Shown here piece by piece: positions 14,947 through 27,828 of a DNA stretch of 64,000 bases (positions are counted from its first letter, which is position 1; every line of letters begins with the position of its first letter). The position numbers and the translations under genes are program-made. The notes under the pieces were generated by a model that saw only the letters and a program-made list of their open reading frames with translations, was not told the origin of the DNA and did not search any database. The DNA comes from Octopus vulgaris (taxonomy: Eukaryota): positions 92,628,001 through 92,692,000 of the forward strand of contig OX597824.1 in the NCBI GenBank assembly GCA_951406725.2, written 5' to 3'.

Positions 14947-16056
14947 GTATGTATATGTATATGTGTATGTATGTATGTATGTATGTATGTATATATGTAT
15001 GTGGGTATGTTTATGCAGTTGAAAGTGCCTCAGTATATTTCTCTTCTTAGTTGTGTAGTAACACGTGTACTGATATTCATCTGTACATATGTAGGTGTAT
15101 TTTTCCTGGGGTTAATATTGCCTCTTAAAATCATTAGGCTTCTTAATCATTCTTGAATTATCCATGTCTATAAATCTTCCTAAGTGATTCCAGCTCGCAA
15201 CTCGCTTTAATAAGTATGCCTCTGAGTCAATATCTTTCGTGAATTGCCGCGTCTTCCTATTACGTTCCGTTATCTTGCAAGCATGTAAACTAGTGACGGA
15301 CCGTCGCTTTATGACCCTATCTTTATGCGAAGCACATATAATGATTGCACTTTAGAAGGTAGCAAATGCCTCTTTTCCTGATATCTTGACCACGTATTTA
15401 ACTGCTTTTAATAAATTTACCTCATTTACATTTACATATCACGACAAATCTGTGATTTTTATTATCGCTGCTGTTGTATTCACAACATCATCATCATCAT
15501 CATGATCAATTTTGTCTTATATTCATTACTATTTTCGTTGAGTTTTTTGGGTTTCTTTTTTTTTATTAGTACGTTTCTTTTCACTTAATTCGATTAGTAA
15601 ACTTTTTACGTCTTTCGCTTTCTTGTACCATTATTAAACTTGCTTTGATTTTTGTTCACAACATTTTTAATGGCGTCCAAACCATTTGAAGAAAATAATC
15701 GCAGCATATTTAGCAATTAACTTCGGATTTGTGCTTTCCTTTTTATTTATTTTTTTGCCTCCTGTTCCTGGATAACGTTCTGATATATTGTCAATCGAGC
15801 ATTCTGGAATTTCCGCAAGTAAACGCTGTTTTGTAAGGTAGAATATTCTTTGATAAAAAATTATTATGTTAATAGAGGCATGCAGTTCTTTTGATATGTC
15901 TACCAAATATATTCACATCCATATTCGATTGTTTACCATTGTGTATGACGGAACAATTTTGAATTTTAACTCTTTGATTCTTATTTCATTGAAACGCATT
16001 TATTATTAGACTTAGTATCATAAACATAAATACACAGACACAGACACACCCATATA

Positions 16057-16143
<87 letters not shown>

Positions 16144-16158
16144 TCATATATATATATG

Positions 16159-16218
<60 letters not shown>

Positions 16219-16689
16219 ATATATTTATATGTATGTATATATATATTCATAGAGACACTGAGATATGGAAAAATAAAATGTTCGTAGCGATACCTGGAAC
16301 ATAGAGGGATATATAATACGTCATCACATTTTTTTCCTTTTTCGGTTGCCTTGGTTATAAGAAACACATTTCTTACAAAGGCGATATAATCTTTGAATTC
16401 ACTACTATGGAGGGGTTTTCTATTGTCATAGATATTGCGTTCCACATTAATGGTGACTTACTTTTATCGTTTTCGAAAGATTGTTGAATATGTGAAATAT
16501 GCGAAAAGTTATCCGTCAGTGATCAATACATATTATATTTTTCTGGGATCGATGCGACTTAAATGCTATTCGTGAAGCAAAGATATTTTACCCAAGAACT
16601 TAAAATCGAACTCACACGTGTACCAGTAAATACGTAGATACGAAGCTATACTCACACGCAATCACAATAATGCACAAGGCCAGCGTTTT

Positions 16690-16826
16690 CAGGACGGGTT
16701 AAGTCGATTAAATCGATTCAAGTAATTGATTGGTACTTGGTCGTTCTCGGCGAAATTTCCATGAGCAACATAAAAACAAACGAAATGTCGCAAACCATTT
16801 CCCACGGCGTGCTAACGATTCCACCC
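16690..16826 (-). mobile_element. SINE family A fragment
   Basis: ttaagtcgatta..tggtactt..ctcggcgaaattt..ggcgtgctaacgattcc. Confidence 0.65.
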
Positions 16827-16921
16827 GGTCACCATTCTTCCCCTCAAGAAAAAAAAAGGAACGTGCATTTTGACCAGAGATGCATAAGGACATATGAAAA
16901 TTTGGTTGATAAAAATAATAT

Positions 16922-17140
16922 ATGGAGTGGCTGTGTGGTAAGTACCATGCTTAACAACCACATGGTTCCGGGTTCAGTCCCACTGCCTGGCACCTTGGGC
17001 AAGCGTCTTCTACTATAGCCTCGGGCTGACCAAAGCTTTGCGAATGGATTTGGTACACGGAAACTGAAAGAAGACTGTCGTGTATATATATATATATATA
17101 TATACATATATATATACATATATGTGTGTGTATATGTATA

Positions 17141-17177
<37 letters not shown>

Positions 17178-17179
17178 GC

Positions 17180-17220
<41 letters not shown>

Positions 17221-17378
17221 TGGTGTAAATATGTCCCTGCAGCATATCGATTCGAGAGAAGCGACCGATAATATAGGTACTAGGCTTACAAAGAATAAGT
17301 CCTGTGGTAAATTTGTTCGACTAAATGCGGTGCTCCAGCAAGGCCGCAGTCAAATGACTGAAACGTATAAAAGAATAA
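16922..17378 (+). mobile_element. SINE family B with an internal (TA)n tract
   Basis: Head ggagtggctgtgtggtaag..gggttcagtccc..ggcaccttgggcaag; tail gcggtgctccagcaaggccgcagtcaaatgactgaaac. Confidence 0.9.
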
Positions 17379-17613
17379 ACATGCATAGTGGACACGCAAA
17401 CATGTCAAATGTGCATATTTCTCCGCAAATTGAAAAAAAATGTTAAAAAGCCTATATCGATATTCGACATGTGTTGCGACCTCATCAGATGGGTCCACAT
17501 CACTTCAGCAATACGAGAATTAAAAAGAAGCTTATCGAATCATACAGACTAAAAATTCTAGTGACTGCGGTGTACTTGAACGGCCAATTTGAGCTCTACA
17601 AATGTTTAACTCT

Positions 17614-18422
17614 TCATGTAATACCAGAGAACTGTTAAACTGGAAGTATAAGTATATGTATGTATAACTATGCGTTCAGGCGTTATTTAAAAGAAGTTTT
17701 ACATTTTTGAGTTCATAGTTGAGAAAAGTAATAAGTAGGATACAGGAGGCAGTCGAAAAAGCCAGGTTCTATGCATGGCTGAAGCGAGAAGACCCAAAAT
17801 GGTTTGGAAGCCATAACATGGCGACTTGGAGATAGTTTCGCTAGGTGATGATGGCTGACATTTAAGCAGCATCGCTGATTGACAGGTAGGCCGAGGTAAC
17901 GATCTATTTCATAGGCGCCTTCCCCCTGGTTCGAAGGCTCATTCCACCAAACAGCTGCTGGAACTGAAACTAACTTGATAATGTTTGAAGGCAGGTTTAG
18001 AGCTGGCGTAGGCTAAAACTACGCGCCCTTCCACTCCATTGGTCAGTTGAAGCTTATACAGTGTCACGTGACAGTTAAATGGTGCTGGCTGCTGGTGCAT
18101 TCTGGCGACTATTTAAGGGGAAGTATAGCAAGATGGTCATTCGCTGACTCTACGTCGAAGGGGCCAGGGAAAATAAGAAAGAAGAAACACACTCAACACC
18201 AGAGTTGAAGACACCTCCGAAAGGACGGGGGTGCCCGCCACGTCGTAAACAGTAGAGGAGTAGGGGCCGAACCGGACGTGGTTCCTCCTGATGATGTCTT
18301 TAACCACTGGATCCTATAAAGTAGCTGTTGCGGTAGCGAACCACGAAACGTGATTGGAATTCTCATGTAATACCAGAGAACTGTCAACGGGGAAGTATAA
18401 CTATGTAGAACTATGCGTTCAG
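17614..18422 (+). mobile_element. Element with ~60-bp terminal direct repeats and promoter-like motifs (pLTR/LTR-like)
   Basis: tcatgtaataccagagaactgt...aactatgcgttcag occurs at 17614-17679 and 18363-18422; the interior is GC-richer, with ATTGG, gtcacgtgac, tatttaag and tcattc. Confidence 0.6.
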
Positions 18423-18850
18423 ACTTTTGTAAATCATCTATTCTCCATAAAAATGCATTAAATTAATAGTGTTGTAGCATTTATTTATGAAGTTCTATGG
18501 TTTAATGCCAGACGTATTTTGAGAAAAACGTAGGTTTATAATTCAATACACAGGTTAAACTGGTATTTGTAGATACACGGTGCAATAAGATATTTCACAT
18601 GAAAAGAGTCCAGACAGGTACCCTAAAGCATTTGTGTACCCAGATAACGTATATGTACTTAAGTACACATGCGCACACGCACACACACACAAACACATAC
18701 AAACACACAAACATATATATATTTATATATACTCATATGCCTGTATGCTTTTGTATATATGTATATATATATATGTATATATATATATATGTACATATAC
18801 ATATGTATATATGTATATATATATATACATGCATACATATACGTATATAT

Positions 18851-18881
<31 letters not shown>

Positions 18882-19454
18882 GAAATATACATATATATAT
18901 GTATACATACATAATCGTACACACATGCACAGGCTCACTTCGCTATCTGTAGACGTGCGTGCACCAGTAGATGCCCGCACGCGAGTATGTACATCTCCTT
19001 ACATAAATATTATTATTATGCAATCAATAATTCAGTGAAAGTCATGCTCTTGATCACGTGATTTCATTTTTATAGACAGACAACAGCGGACATGTTTTAT
19101 TTCGAAAAGTTCGACTGTCACGCAAGAATATATCTTCCAGATATATTGGATTCTCTACCTTTCTATAGTGGAAAGATGGGGATAGAAGAATCTCGAATCT
19201 CTCTGTCTTTGATTTTTATATTTATTTATTTATGTATTTATATATTTAGTTTGTGCTTTGACTTTTCGTTTCTGCCTGCATATGGCTGTTGCTTTGAAAG
19301 GAGTCCACTATTTGTTCTGTTCTGTGATGTTTCCAAACAGCTTTCATGGGTGCCATGTTATTTTGTGAATTGAGGTACGACTATTAAGAACAATTTCGTG
19401 GCTAAGAGCGATTTAAGCATGGCGCTCTTGCTGCTTTTCTTTCCTTTTTTTTAT

Positions 19455-19720
19455 GGCTGTTGATGCTGTTGACGTTGTTGTTGTTGTTGTTGTTATCATC
19501 GTCCTTCTTGTTTTGTTGTTTTTCTTGATGGTGATGGTAATGATGATGACGGCGAACGACGACGACGACGACCACCACCACCACCACCACCACCACCACG
19601 GTGGCAATTATGATGATGCTGATGATCTGGATTAGGACGATGATGAGGATAATGGGGATGAAGACGTTGATGGTGGTGAAAGAGGTGGAAGAGGAAGACG
19701 GAGAAGATGACGATAAGTAC

Positions 19721-19773
<53 letters not shown>

Positions 19774-19866
19774 CAGTAGTAGTAGCAGTAGTAGTAGTAG
19801 CAGTAGTAGTAGTAGAAGAAGAAGGAGTAGTAGTAGTAGTAGTAGTAGTAGTAGAAGAAGAAGAAG

Positions 19867-19899
<33 letters not shown>

Positions 19900-20035
19900 A
19901 AGAAGGAGTAGTACTAGAAGTAGTAGTAGTAGCAAAAGCAGCAGCAGTAGCAGCAGTAGTAGTAGTAGTAGTAGTAGCAGCAGCAGCAGCAGTAGCAGTA
20001 GTAGTAGGAGGAGAAGAAGAAGTAATAATAGTAGT
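19455..20035. repeat. Mosaic trinucleotide repeat (GTT/GAT/CAC/AGT/GAA/GCA)
   Basis: Tandem repeats read directly. Confidence 0.95.
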
Positions 20036-20111
20036 TGTTAAACAGGTAGTGTCCATTAGCGGATATTTAAAAAAAATAGTTAACCATTTCCTCATAATAT
20101 TTCATCATAGC

Positions 20112-20755
20112 AAGGCGGCGAACTGGCAGAATCGTTAAGCACGCCGCGCGAAATGCTCAGCGGTATTTCGGTCTTTACGTTCTGTGTTCAAATTCCGCTG
20201 AGGTCAACTTTGCCTTTAATTCTTTCGGGGTCGATAAATAAAGTACCAGTTGCATACTGGGTTCGATCTAATCGACTGCCCCACCCCCCAAAAAAAAATA
20301 ATGTCGGGTCTTGTGCCTAGAATAGAATAGAATATTTCATAAGATCGAGTCTGCGAGCTGGCACATTCTTTAGCACGCCGGACGAAATGCTTATCGGTAT
20401 TTCGTCTGCCGTTACGTTCTGAGTTCAAATTCCACCGAGGATGACTTTGCCTTTCATCCTTTCGGGGTCGATTAAATAAGTACCAGCTACGCACTGGGGT
20501 CGATATCATCGACTTAATCCGTTTGTCTGTCCTTATTTGTTCCCTTTGTGTTTAGTCCCTTGTGGGTAGTAAAGAAATAGAAATAGGTATTTCCTCTGTC
20601 GTTACGTTCTGAGTTCAAATTCCGCCGAAGTCGACTTTGATTTTCATCCTTTCGTGGTCGATAAATTGAGCACCAGTTGCGTACTGTGGCCGATCTAATC
20701 GACTGCACCACTCCCCAAATATTTCGGGCCTTGTGCCTAGAGTAGAAAAGAAGAA
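20112..20755 (+). mobile_element. SINE family A: monomer followed by a dimer
   Basis: Heads ggcggcgaactggcag (~20113) and gcgagctggcac (~20354); three B-box/core units. Confidence 0.88.
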
Positions 20756-20786
20756 ATAAAAGAATATTTCATAAGATTATAATGTA

Positions 20787-21169
20787 TCTCTATATATAAA
20801 CGGCAGTTTGTCTGTGCGTGTTTCTGTGTGTCTGTTTGCTTGTACCCTCACCCTGACCACGGCTTTCAACCGATTCTGATGAAACTTGACACACCCATAG
20901 CCCAATGTCATAATTCAAAACTAACGCAGCGAAAATTTTGAAAAGTTCCCCCAGTTCTGAAAAAAATCGATAAATTCGACATGGGGTCGAGAATCAGAAA
21001 CCCAAACCACAGACCGTCTAGGTGACGCAACTCCACCTTTTTTAACTGTCAAAAAAAATTTACCATCATTTTTTTTCCATTTTTTTGCTATTTTTTGGCT
21101 ATAACTCTCTAAAAATGCTTTATAGTTACTTCCCTTACAAACCTGAGCAACGCCGGGCGATACTGCTAG
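20787..21169 (+). mobile_element. Non-autonomous Helitron
   Basis: 5' TC (a|tctctatatataaa), 3' GC-rich hairpin cctgagcaacgccggg then CTAG|t, inserted at AT with no TSD; second copy from 63813. Confidence 0.85.
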
Positions 21170-22104
21170 TTTGAAATAAAGGATTAAGCTAAAAAGAAAA
21201 CAAAATAAAATCCGTAAGTTATTCTATTGATGTTTCTTTTTATGCTTATTTATTACGATATTTTCGCAGTATCATATCTATCACTATTCCATCTTAGTTG
21301 CGCGAAAATTCAGACTGAAAGCAGATGCTTCAGGAGGCGGCATGAAACCCGAAGGACATATACTCGGTGTATTACAATTGCATAGAGAATAAGTGCTTCA
21401 CACATTTATATAATAGTGTATTTTATAGTTTCCCTCGAGGACAACAGACGCGGTGAAGGTTATGTTAGAACTGCGGCCCGCCTGAAAATTTCTGAATAAG
21501 CAATTATGATGCCGATATTAGAAGGGAAATGGTTATAAGGTTTATTGAAATCTTGGCAACATTCAAACGAATAATAAATTAAAGATTTATCCGATACGTC
21601 CCTTTGTTTCAAGATTTTCTCATGCGTAATTATTCGCGATTCTCTGCGTGCATGTGAGTGTGTATTCAACTGTTATTCTATGGCGACACTCGAATTTACG
21701 ACTGTGCCGTAAATTCTACAGTGATGCATTTCTAAAACTAAATATAACTCTAAGACAAGGAATAAATATGGTACTCGAATCTATAATAAAACAAATGAAC
21801 AGGGAGCTAAATTCTAGGTTAATGACCAACAATATTTAATGTGAATTACTTTCTCAAATGAAGAACTCTTTCCATTTCCCAAACGTATTTCCTACAATGC
21901 TGTGCTTCTCAAGATATTTTCTAGTTGCAAAATACCGTCGCTGTATATGATTCAGGTGATATATCATATAAAGTAAAACTGTGTTGGATCAGAGCCATCA
22001 TGCTCTCAAATGTATTTGTACTACATAGGATAAGTGGTCGTTTGACTGACCAAATACGCATGAAAAATTGTGCAGCGTGATAGATGCTTGGCAGTTATAT
22101 CTAA

Positions 22105-22192
<88 letters not shown>

Positions 22193-22360
22193 ATGTGTGT
22201 GTGTATGTGTGTGTGTGTGTGGGTGGGTGTGTGTGTGTGTGTATACCGAATTATATAATGACGAATCGATATTTAAACATCGACATTATCCTTATTTATA
22301 AATTTATGTATGTATATATATAGAAATATATATACACACACATATATGTATATGTAAATG

Positions 22361-22407
<47 letters not shown>

Positions 22408-22450
22408 TTATATATATACATATAAGTGTGTATATATATATATATATGTC

Positions 22451-22501
<51 letters not shown>

Positions 22502-22534
22502 TGTATATATATATATGTTCTCTCTTTCTCTGTA

Positions 22535-22572
<38 letters not shown>

Positions 22573-23253
22573 GTGTGATAAATATTATTTATTTAAAGAA
22601 CACAACACTTGTCTTAAGTACTACTAATAATTTCATATGCTGAGAAATATCTCAAAAGTATACATCAGGCCCAAATCAATTATGTTAACGTGCATAAGAG
22701 CATGCCCCAATGTGCACCTAAAAGCATAGATGCATACATACATACATAAATAAATAAATACATACATACATGCATACATACATACATACACACATACATA
22801 CATGCATACATATTTATATGCATATGCATTGAAGTAGATCTTGAGGTTCAAAGTTTTGACCAATTAATTTTCGAATGTAGAGATGTTTTCCATGTTTATC
22901 CACCGACATTTATCTCTTTATTTTCCAAAATCTAGCTCGCTCTCTCTCTTACTCACCAACTCTCTCTTTCTCTCTCTGCATCTCTGTCTCTTAGTTTCTC
23001 TCTGCGTCACTCTTTCCCTCTCTCTCTCTCTCTTACGCCTCTCCCTTTGACCCGCATTCCTTTTCTCAGTTCATCTCATTTTCCTTGTCCTTCACTCCCC
23101 GTCTCACTCTTAAGAAACTTACAATTCACGGGCATGACATATGTTGTCAATATCAAACTACATTACGTACAAACCATCATTTTCCCAGGCGCTCATATTT
23201 ACACACGCCGATCTATTGTAGTAAGAAATACAGAATATAGCAATCACTTCAAC

Positions 23254-23790
23254 ACGGCGAGCTGGCAGAAACGTTAGCACGCCGGGTGAAATGCGTAGCC
23301 GTATTTCGTCTGTCGTTACGTTGTGAGTTCAAATTCCGCCGAGGTCGACTTTGCCTTCATCCTTTCGGGGTCGATAAATTAAGTACCAGTTACGCACTGG
23401 GGTCGATGTAATCGACTTAATACCTATGTCTGTCCTTGTTTGTCTCCTCTATGTTTAGCCCCTTATGGGTAATAAAGAAATAGGTATTTCGTCTGCAGTT
23501 ACGTTCTGAGTTCAAATTCCGCCGAGGTCGACTTTGCCTTTCATCCTTTCGGGATCGATTAAATAAGTACCAGGTACGCACTGAGATCGATACAATCGAC
23601 TTAATCCGTTTGTCTGTTCTTGTTTGTCCCCTCTATGTTTAGCTCCTTGTAACTAGTAAAGAAATAGGTATTTTGTCTGTCTTTACGCTCTGAGTTCAAA
23701 TACCGCCGAGGTCGACTTTGCATTTCATTCTTTCAGCGTCGATAAAGTACCATTTGTGTACTGGGGTCCATTTGCCTGGCCCCCCTTGCC
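23254..23790 (+). mobile_element. SINE family A trimer
   Basis: One head (ggcgagctggcagaaacgttagc) followed by three core units joined at aaagaaata|ggtattt. Confidence 0.9.
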
Positions 23791-23867
23791 CAGATTTCTC
23801 TTGAAATAATGCACCGAGCCCGGCAATGTATTACGTATAAAATGTATCAATCGTTTCTCTTAAAATA

Positions 23868-24737
23868 CGTGATTTGATCAATAAGTAGCCGGACTATTGC
23901 CAGTTTATCGAAGCTAAAAAAACGCATAGTGAGTTGTTTTAGCAGACATTGACCTTAAGCCCTGATGTGTATGCCCCCTACGTTGTGCCGTTCTAGCGTA
24001 ATTCTGGTGTTTACAGCAATGCCTCGAAGAAAGGTGTGTAGTGTATGATCGCCACATTGATCGTGACAGAGAAAGTTGTGCTGGGATTCGGCATCAAATT
24101 TTGCCAAAATCATGGTGATACCTGCTCAGTGGCCTACGCAAAGTTTCCAAAAGATTTTTTTTCTGTCTTTCTCGCCAAAATAATGAAGATTTTGTGCAAC
24201 TGAACCCTGAGTGTCATTTTGGTCAGCTGGGAACTGTTCTGGCACAGATTTTGCAGACATGCGCCTCATACCCAAATCTTCAATGATTATAGAATGGCCT
24301 GAACCGCAACTTATCTGCACATCCTCTGATAACTCATTGATTGTGATTTGACGATTTCCCCCTCACATCTACGATGTTTTTCTCAGTTCTACTCGTTGCC
24401 TGTCTCCCAGAACGGTTATCAACTTCAGCGTGTTTTCGGCCATCTTGGAAACGACTGAACCACTCGTACACTTCTGATCAACTCAAACACTCCTCTCAAT
24501 ACTCTTTCTGCAACTTTGCGTGTGCCTCTGAGCAGATATCACCATGACACATTTTCCGCCACGGTCCATGTAATGACCACACGATGCACACGCTATTTCC
24601 AAGCAGTAAACAGGGATGTGAACTACAACATTCATGATCAGCGTAGCTCATCTTATCTCTGTGCCAAGCGGCTTCTCTCTGCTTGCTTTCACTTCGTTAC
24701 TATGCCACGAAACCGGATACTTATTGGTCAGACCTCG
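23868..24737. mobile_element. Rearranged non-autonomous mariner with two 5' ends
   Basis: TIRs ta-cgtgatttgatcaataagtagccgg and ccggatacttattggtcagacctcg-ta. The plus strand encodes ..IKFCQNHGDTC.. (24060-24155). The minus strand encodes GDICSEAHAKLQ..VYEWFSRFQDGR..RSGR..EDLGMRRMSAKSVP (24150-24545). Confidence 0.85.
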
Positions 24738-25333
24738 TATGTACATAGTCATCCCTATAACTCTCTCTACATACTCGTTTGTGTGTGTGAATGTATGTGT
24801 GCCTGTGCTTATGTGTGCGTATGTGCGTGAACGTTTGTATGTTACTTTGGCCTTATTTTAAATAATTTCCTTTCACAGTTCATATAAGTGTTAGGAGAGA
24901 AGTTCTCACAGTATTCTCTCCTTCGCTCAACTAATTACTTTACATTACTCGTACGGTGTTGTTTACTTTCCAGATATTTCACAAGAATTAATGTAGATCA
25001 ACCAGGTAAGCAGATTTAATCAATTTGGTGGCATGGCCTTTGTTACAGCAACGCAACATTTACGGGTGTGCGGACTTCAGCAGACGATTTCGTTCACGAA
25101 GGATTTTAAACAGAAATTTGTATTTACCCCTGGCAATTCATTTTTGACAGTAATATTCTTTCCCGATCCTATTTCATGCCAACACTTCGCATAGACTAGA
25201 TATAATTTATCATCATCTTGTAGGTTGTGGTTCACGAATTTATTATTCATTTTGCACTTAATAACAATGCATAGCTGTCCATTATTTCCCCCAAGTTCCT
25301 CGATATAAATTTGCAGAGAAATAAAATATTCAC

Positions 25334-25388
<55 letters not shown>

Positions 25389-26165
25389 GAAAAAGTGAAA
25401 CGAATATATGTATGGATGTATGTATGTACATATGTATATTTTTCTTCTATATTTATTTACGAATTACTTTGGAGAGTTCAAGTCGCTCGTTAACAAAGTG
25501 ACAAAACTTTTTGAGTAAAGAAAGATTCTGGTGTGTTTAAATATGTGGTTGAATTGGTGCGCTTGTTAAACCGATGATACACTTCATGTACGTACGCATA
25601 TATGTATATATGTACGTATGTATGTATATATCCAGAGATAACGAATCGTAGATAACGACTGCTAGATTATGTACTAGTTGGTTTTATGTATTCTCATTAA
25701 ATGGAGGAAAAAATCTCAGAAGGAAGTAATTGATAATTATTTTATTTTACATGCTAAACAATGATTGCAAAATATTACAGAAATATTACGAAAATTGCAG
25801 CATAAAAATTTATAGAGATACCTGGAAAGGCCTGTAGATTAATATTTGTTCTTAAGCCGAACATCTACAGAAGAAAAATATATACGATCTGAAATGTTGA
25901 TATGAATAATGTATGGCGAATTCTTTTAAAGAAATTAAAGTGAATATATTGTTTAGGAGATATGTGGAAACTAATCTCACATAAATAGAGAACTGTTTAA
26001 AGAGAGTATTAAACACTATTTCCAATTGTAGTTTTAAATAAATGATGTCAGATTAGATGAAAGTCTGGTCGCGCCGGTTGAATGACAAATATGCACAAAC
26101 ATTTATACATACGTATATGTTGCAGGTATGTTTGTGAACACACACACACACACACAGGTAGATAT

Positions 26166-26206
<41 letters not shown>

Positions 26207-26220
26207 GATAGATAGGTAGC

Positions 26221-26314
<94 letters not shown>

Positions 26315-26321
26315 TGCATAT

Positions 26322-26506
26322 TGGGAGAATTCACAAAACAAAAGACGAAGACAGGTGGTGTAGAAAAAAAAACAGATGTATTAGTCTAACGTTCAGGAAG
26401 TGAAAACGTCTTTAATATTTCGAGCTTACACTCTTCCACAGAAAGGAACACAGAATGAAACAAGGAAAGAAAATAATGTGTAGTGGTTAGCGATCTATGA
26501 TGGCGA
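26322..26506 (-). mobile_element. PLE-terminus-like mini-element (gaagagcgtaggctc family)
   Basis: Minus strand cttt-ctgtgga-agagtgtaagctc-gaaa-tattaaag; same flanks as 47150-47295. Confidence 0.6.
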
Positions 26507-26823
26507 CACATGCATATATGCGGGTGCGCGCGTGCGTATACAAGTGCTTGCAGACGGTTGCATTAGATAGTGCATGCATGCTGTTAATTTCATGGTAATA
26601 CATGCATGGATATGCACATGTTCACTCACAAATAACCGAGCATACCATCATTATCTTGCATTTATTTATGTGTAGATGTGTATATGGCAAATTTATCAAT
26701 TTACGTATATATGTATATGCATTTTATCTACGTATATGCGTGTGTGTTTATAGTAACACCTGCCTATGCATATATTTATTCATATTTACATGTACAGTCC
26801 ACCTACGCACATATATATACACT

Positions 26824-26863
<40 letters not shown>

Positions 26864-26865
<2 letters not shown>

Positions 26866-27072
26866 CGGAGATGTACTCGCATAGCAAGTAATTTGATCTG
26901 AGATCGTGTGCTGAAACGAAAACAATTGCAGCGTGGGAGGTGTTTATAAGCCATTTAAGAAACACACAAAAGCCGTTCGATTCACTCCAACATTTAAGTT
27001 TAATTTGTCAAAATATTTTCGTCGCTAAAATCCGCGACCTGTTCACTGACAAAGTCCGTGCTGCATCCGTGT

Positions 27073-27074
<2 letters not shown>
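26864..27074 (-). mobile_element. ~210-bp element inside (TA)n carrying a hammerhead
   Basis: Unique sequence flanked on both sides by pure TA repeats; contains the HHR at 27004-27053. Confidence 0.65.
27004..27053 (-). ncRNA. Minimal type I hammerhead ribozyme with a swapped G3-C8 core
   Basis: Minus strand: stem I tttgtca / GTGAACA g / stem II gtcgc-ggatttta-gcgac / GAAA / palindromic stem III (aatatt) / cleavage triplet UUU / tgacaaa. Confidence 0.7.
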
Positions 27075-27165
<91 letters not shown>

Positions 27166-27167
<2 letters not shown>

Positions 27168-27580
27168 TCTTTTACTCTTTTACTTGTTTCAGTCATTTTG
27201 ACTGCGGCCATGCAGGAGCACCGCCATTAGTCGAGCAAATTGACTCCTGGACTTATTCTTTGTAAGCCCAGTACTTATTCTATCGGTCTCTTTTGCCGAA
27301 CCGCTAAGTGAAGAGGGACGTAAACACACCAGCATCGGTTGTCAAACAATGCTAGGGAGACAAAAACAGACACACAAACATATACACACACATACATATA
27401 CATATATATATATATATATACATATATACGACAGGTTTCTTTCAGTTTCCGTCTACCAAATCCACTCACAAGGCATTGGTCGGCCCGGGGCTATAGCAGA
27501 AGACACTTGCCAAGTGGGACTGAACCCGGAACCATGTGGATGGTAAGCAAGCTACTTACCACACAGCCACTCCTGCGCCT
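27166..27580 (-). mobile_element. SINE family B, near full length
   Basis: Runs from tail tactcttttactctttt through an internal microsatellite to head cagccactcctgcgcc. Confidence 0.92.
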
Positions 27581-27589
27581 ATATATATA

Positions 27590-27659
<70 letters not shown>

Positions 27660-27664
27660 CATAT

Positions 27665-27828
27665 ATACGACATGCTTCTTCCAGTTTCCCTCAGCCAAAT
27701 CCACTGACAAGACTTTGGTCGGCCCGAGGCTATAGTAGAAGACACTTGCCTAAGTTGCCTAGCAGTGGGACTGAACCCGGAACCATGTGGTTGGTAAGCA
27801 AGCTACTTGCCACACAGCCACTTCTGCA
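27665..27828 (-). mobile_element. SINE family B, 5' half
   Basis: Head and CORE-like part only, ending at the microsatellite position. Confidence 0.85.

Noticed and set aside
17450-17497. Minus-strand CTGATGA-ggtc..gtc-GAATA-tcgata
   Set aside because: Stems I and II do not close properly and the GAAA box is interrupted; too weak to call.
19402-20138. Poly-Ser/Leu/Thr/Val ORFs up to 199 aa
   Set aside because: Trinucleotide mosaic open in several frames on both strands; no splice or domain evidence.
20870-20890. ctgatgaaac as a hammerhead core (similar motif near 4835, minus)
   Set aside because: No stem II between CTGATGA and GAAA; it is the ccgatt(c/t)tgatgaaa motif typical of Helitron/HINE bodies.
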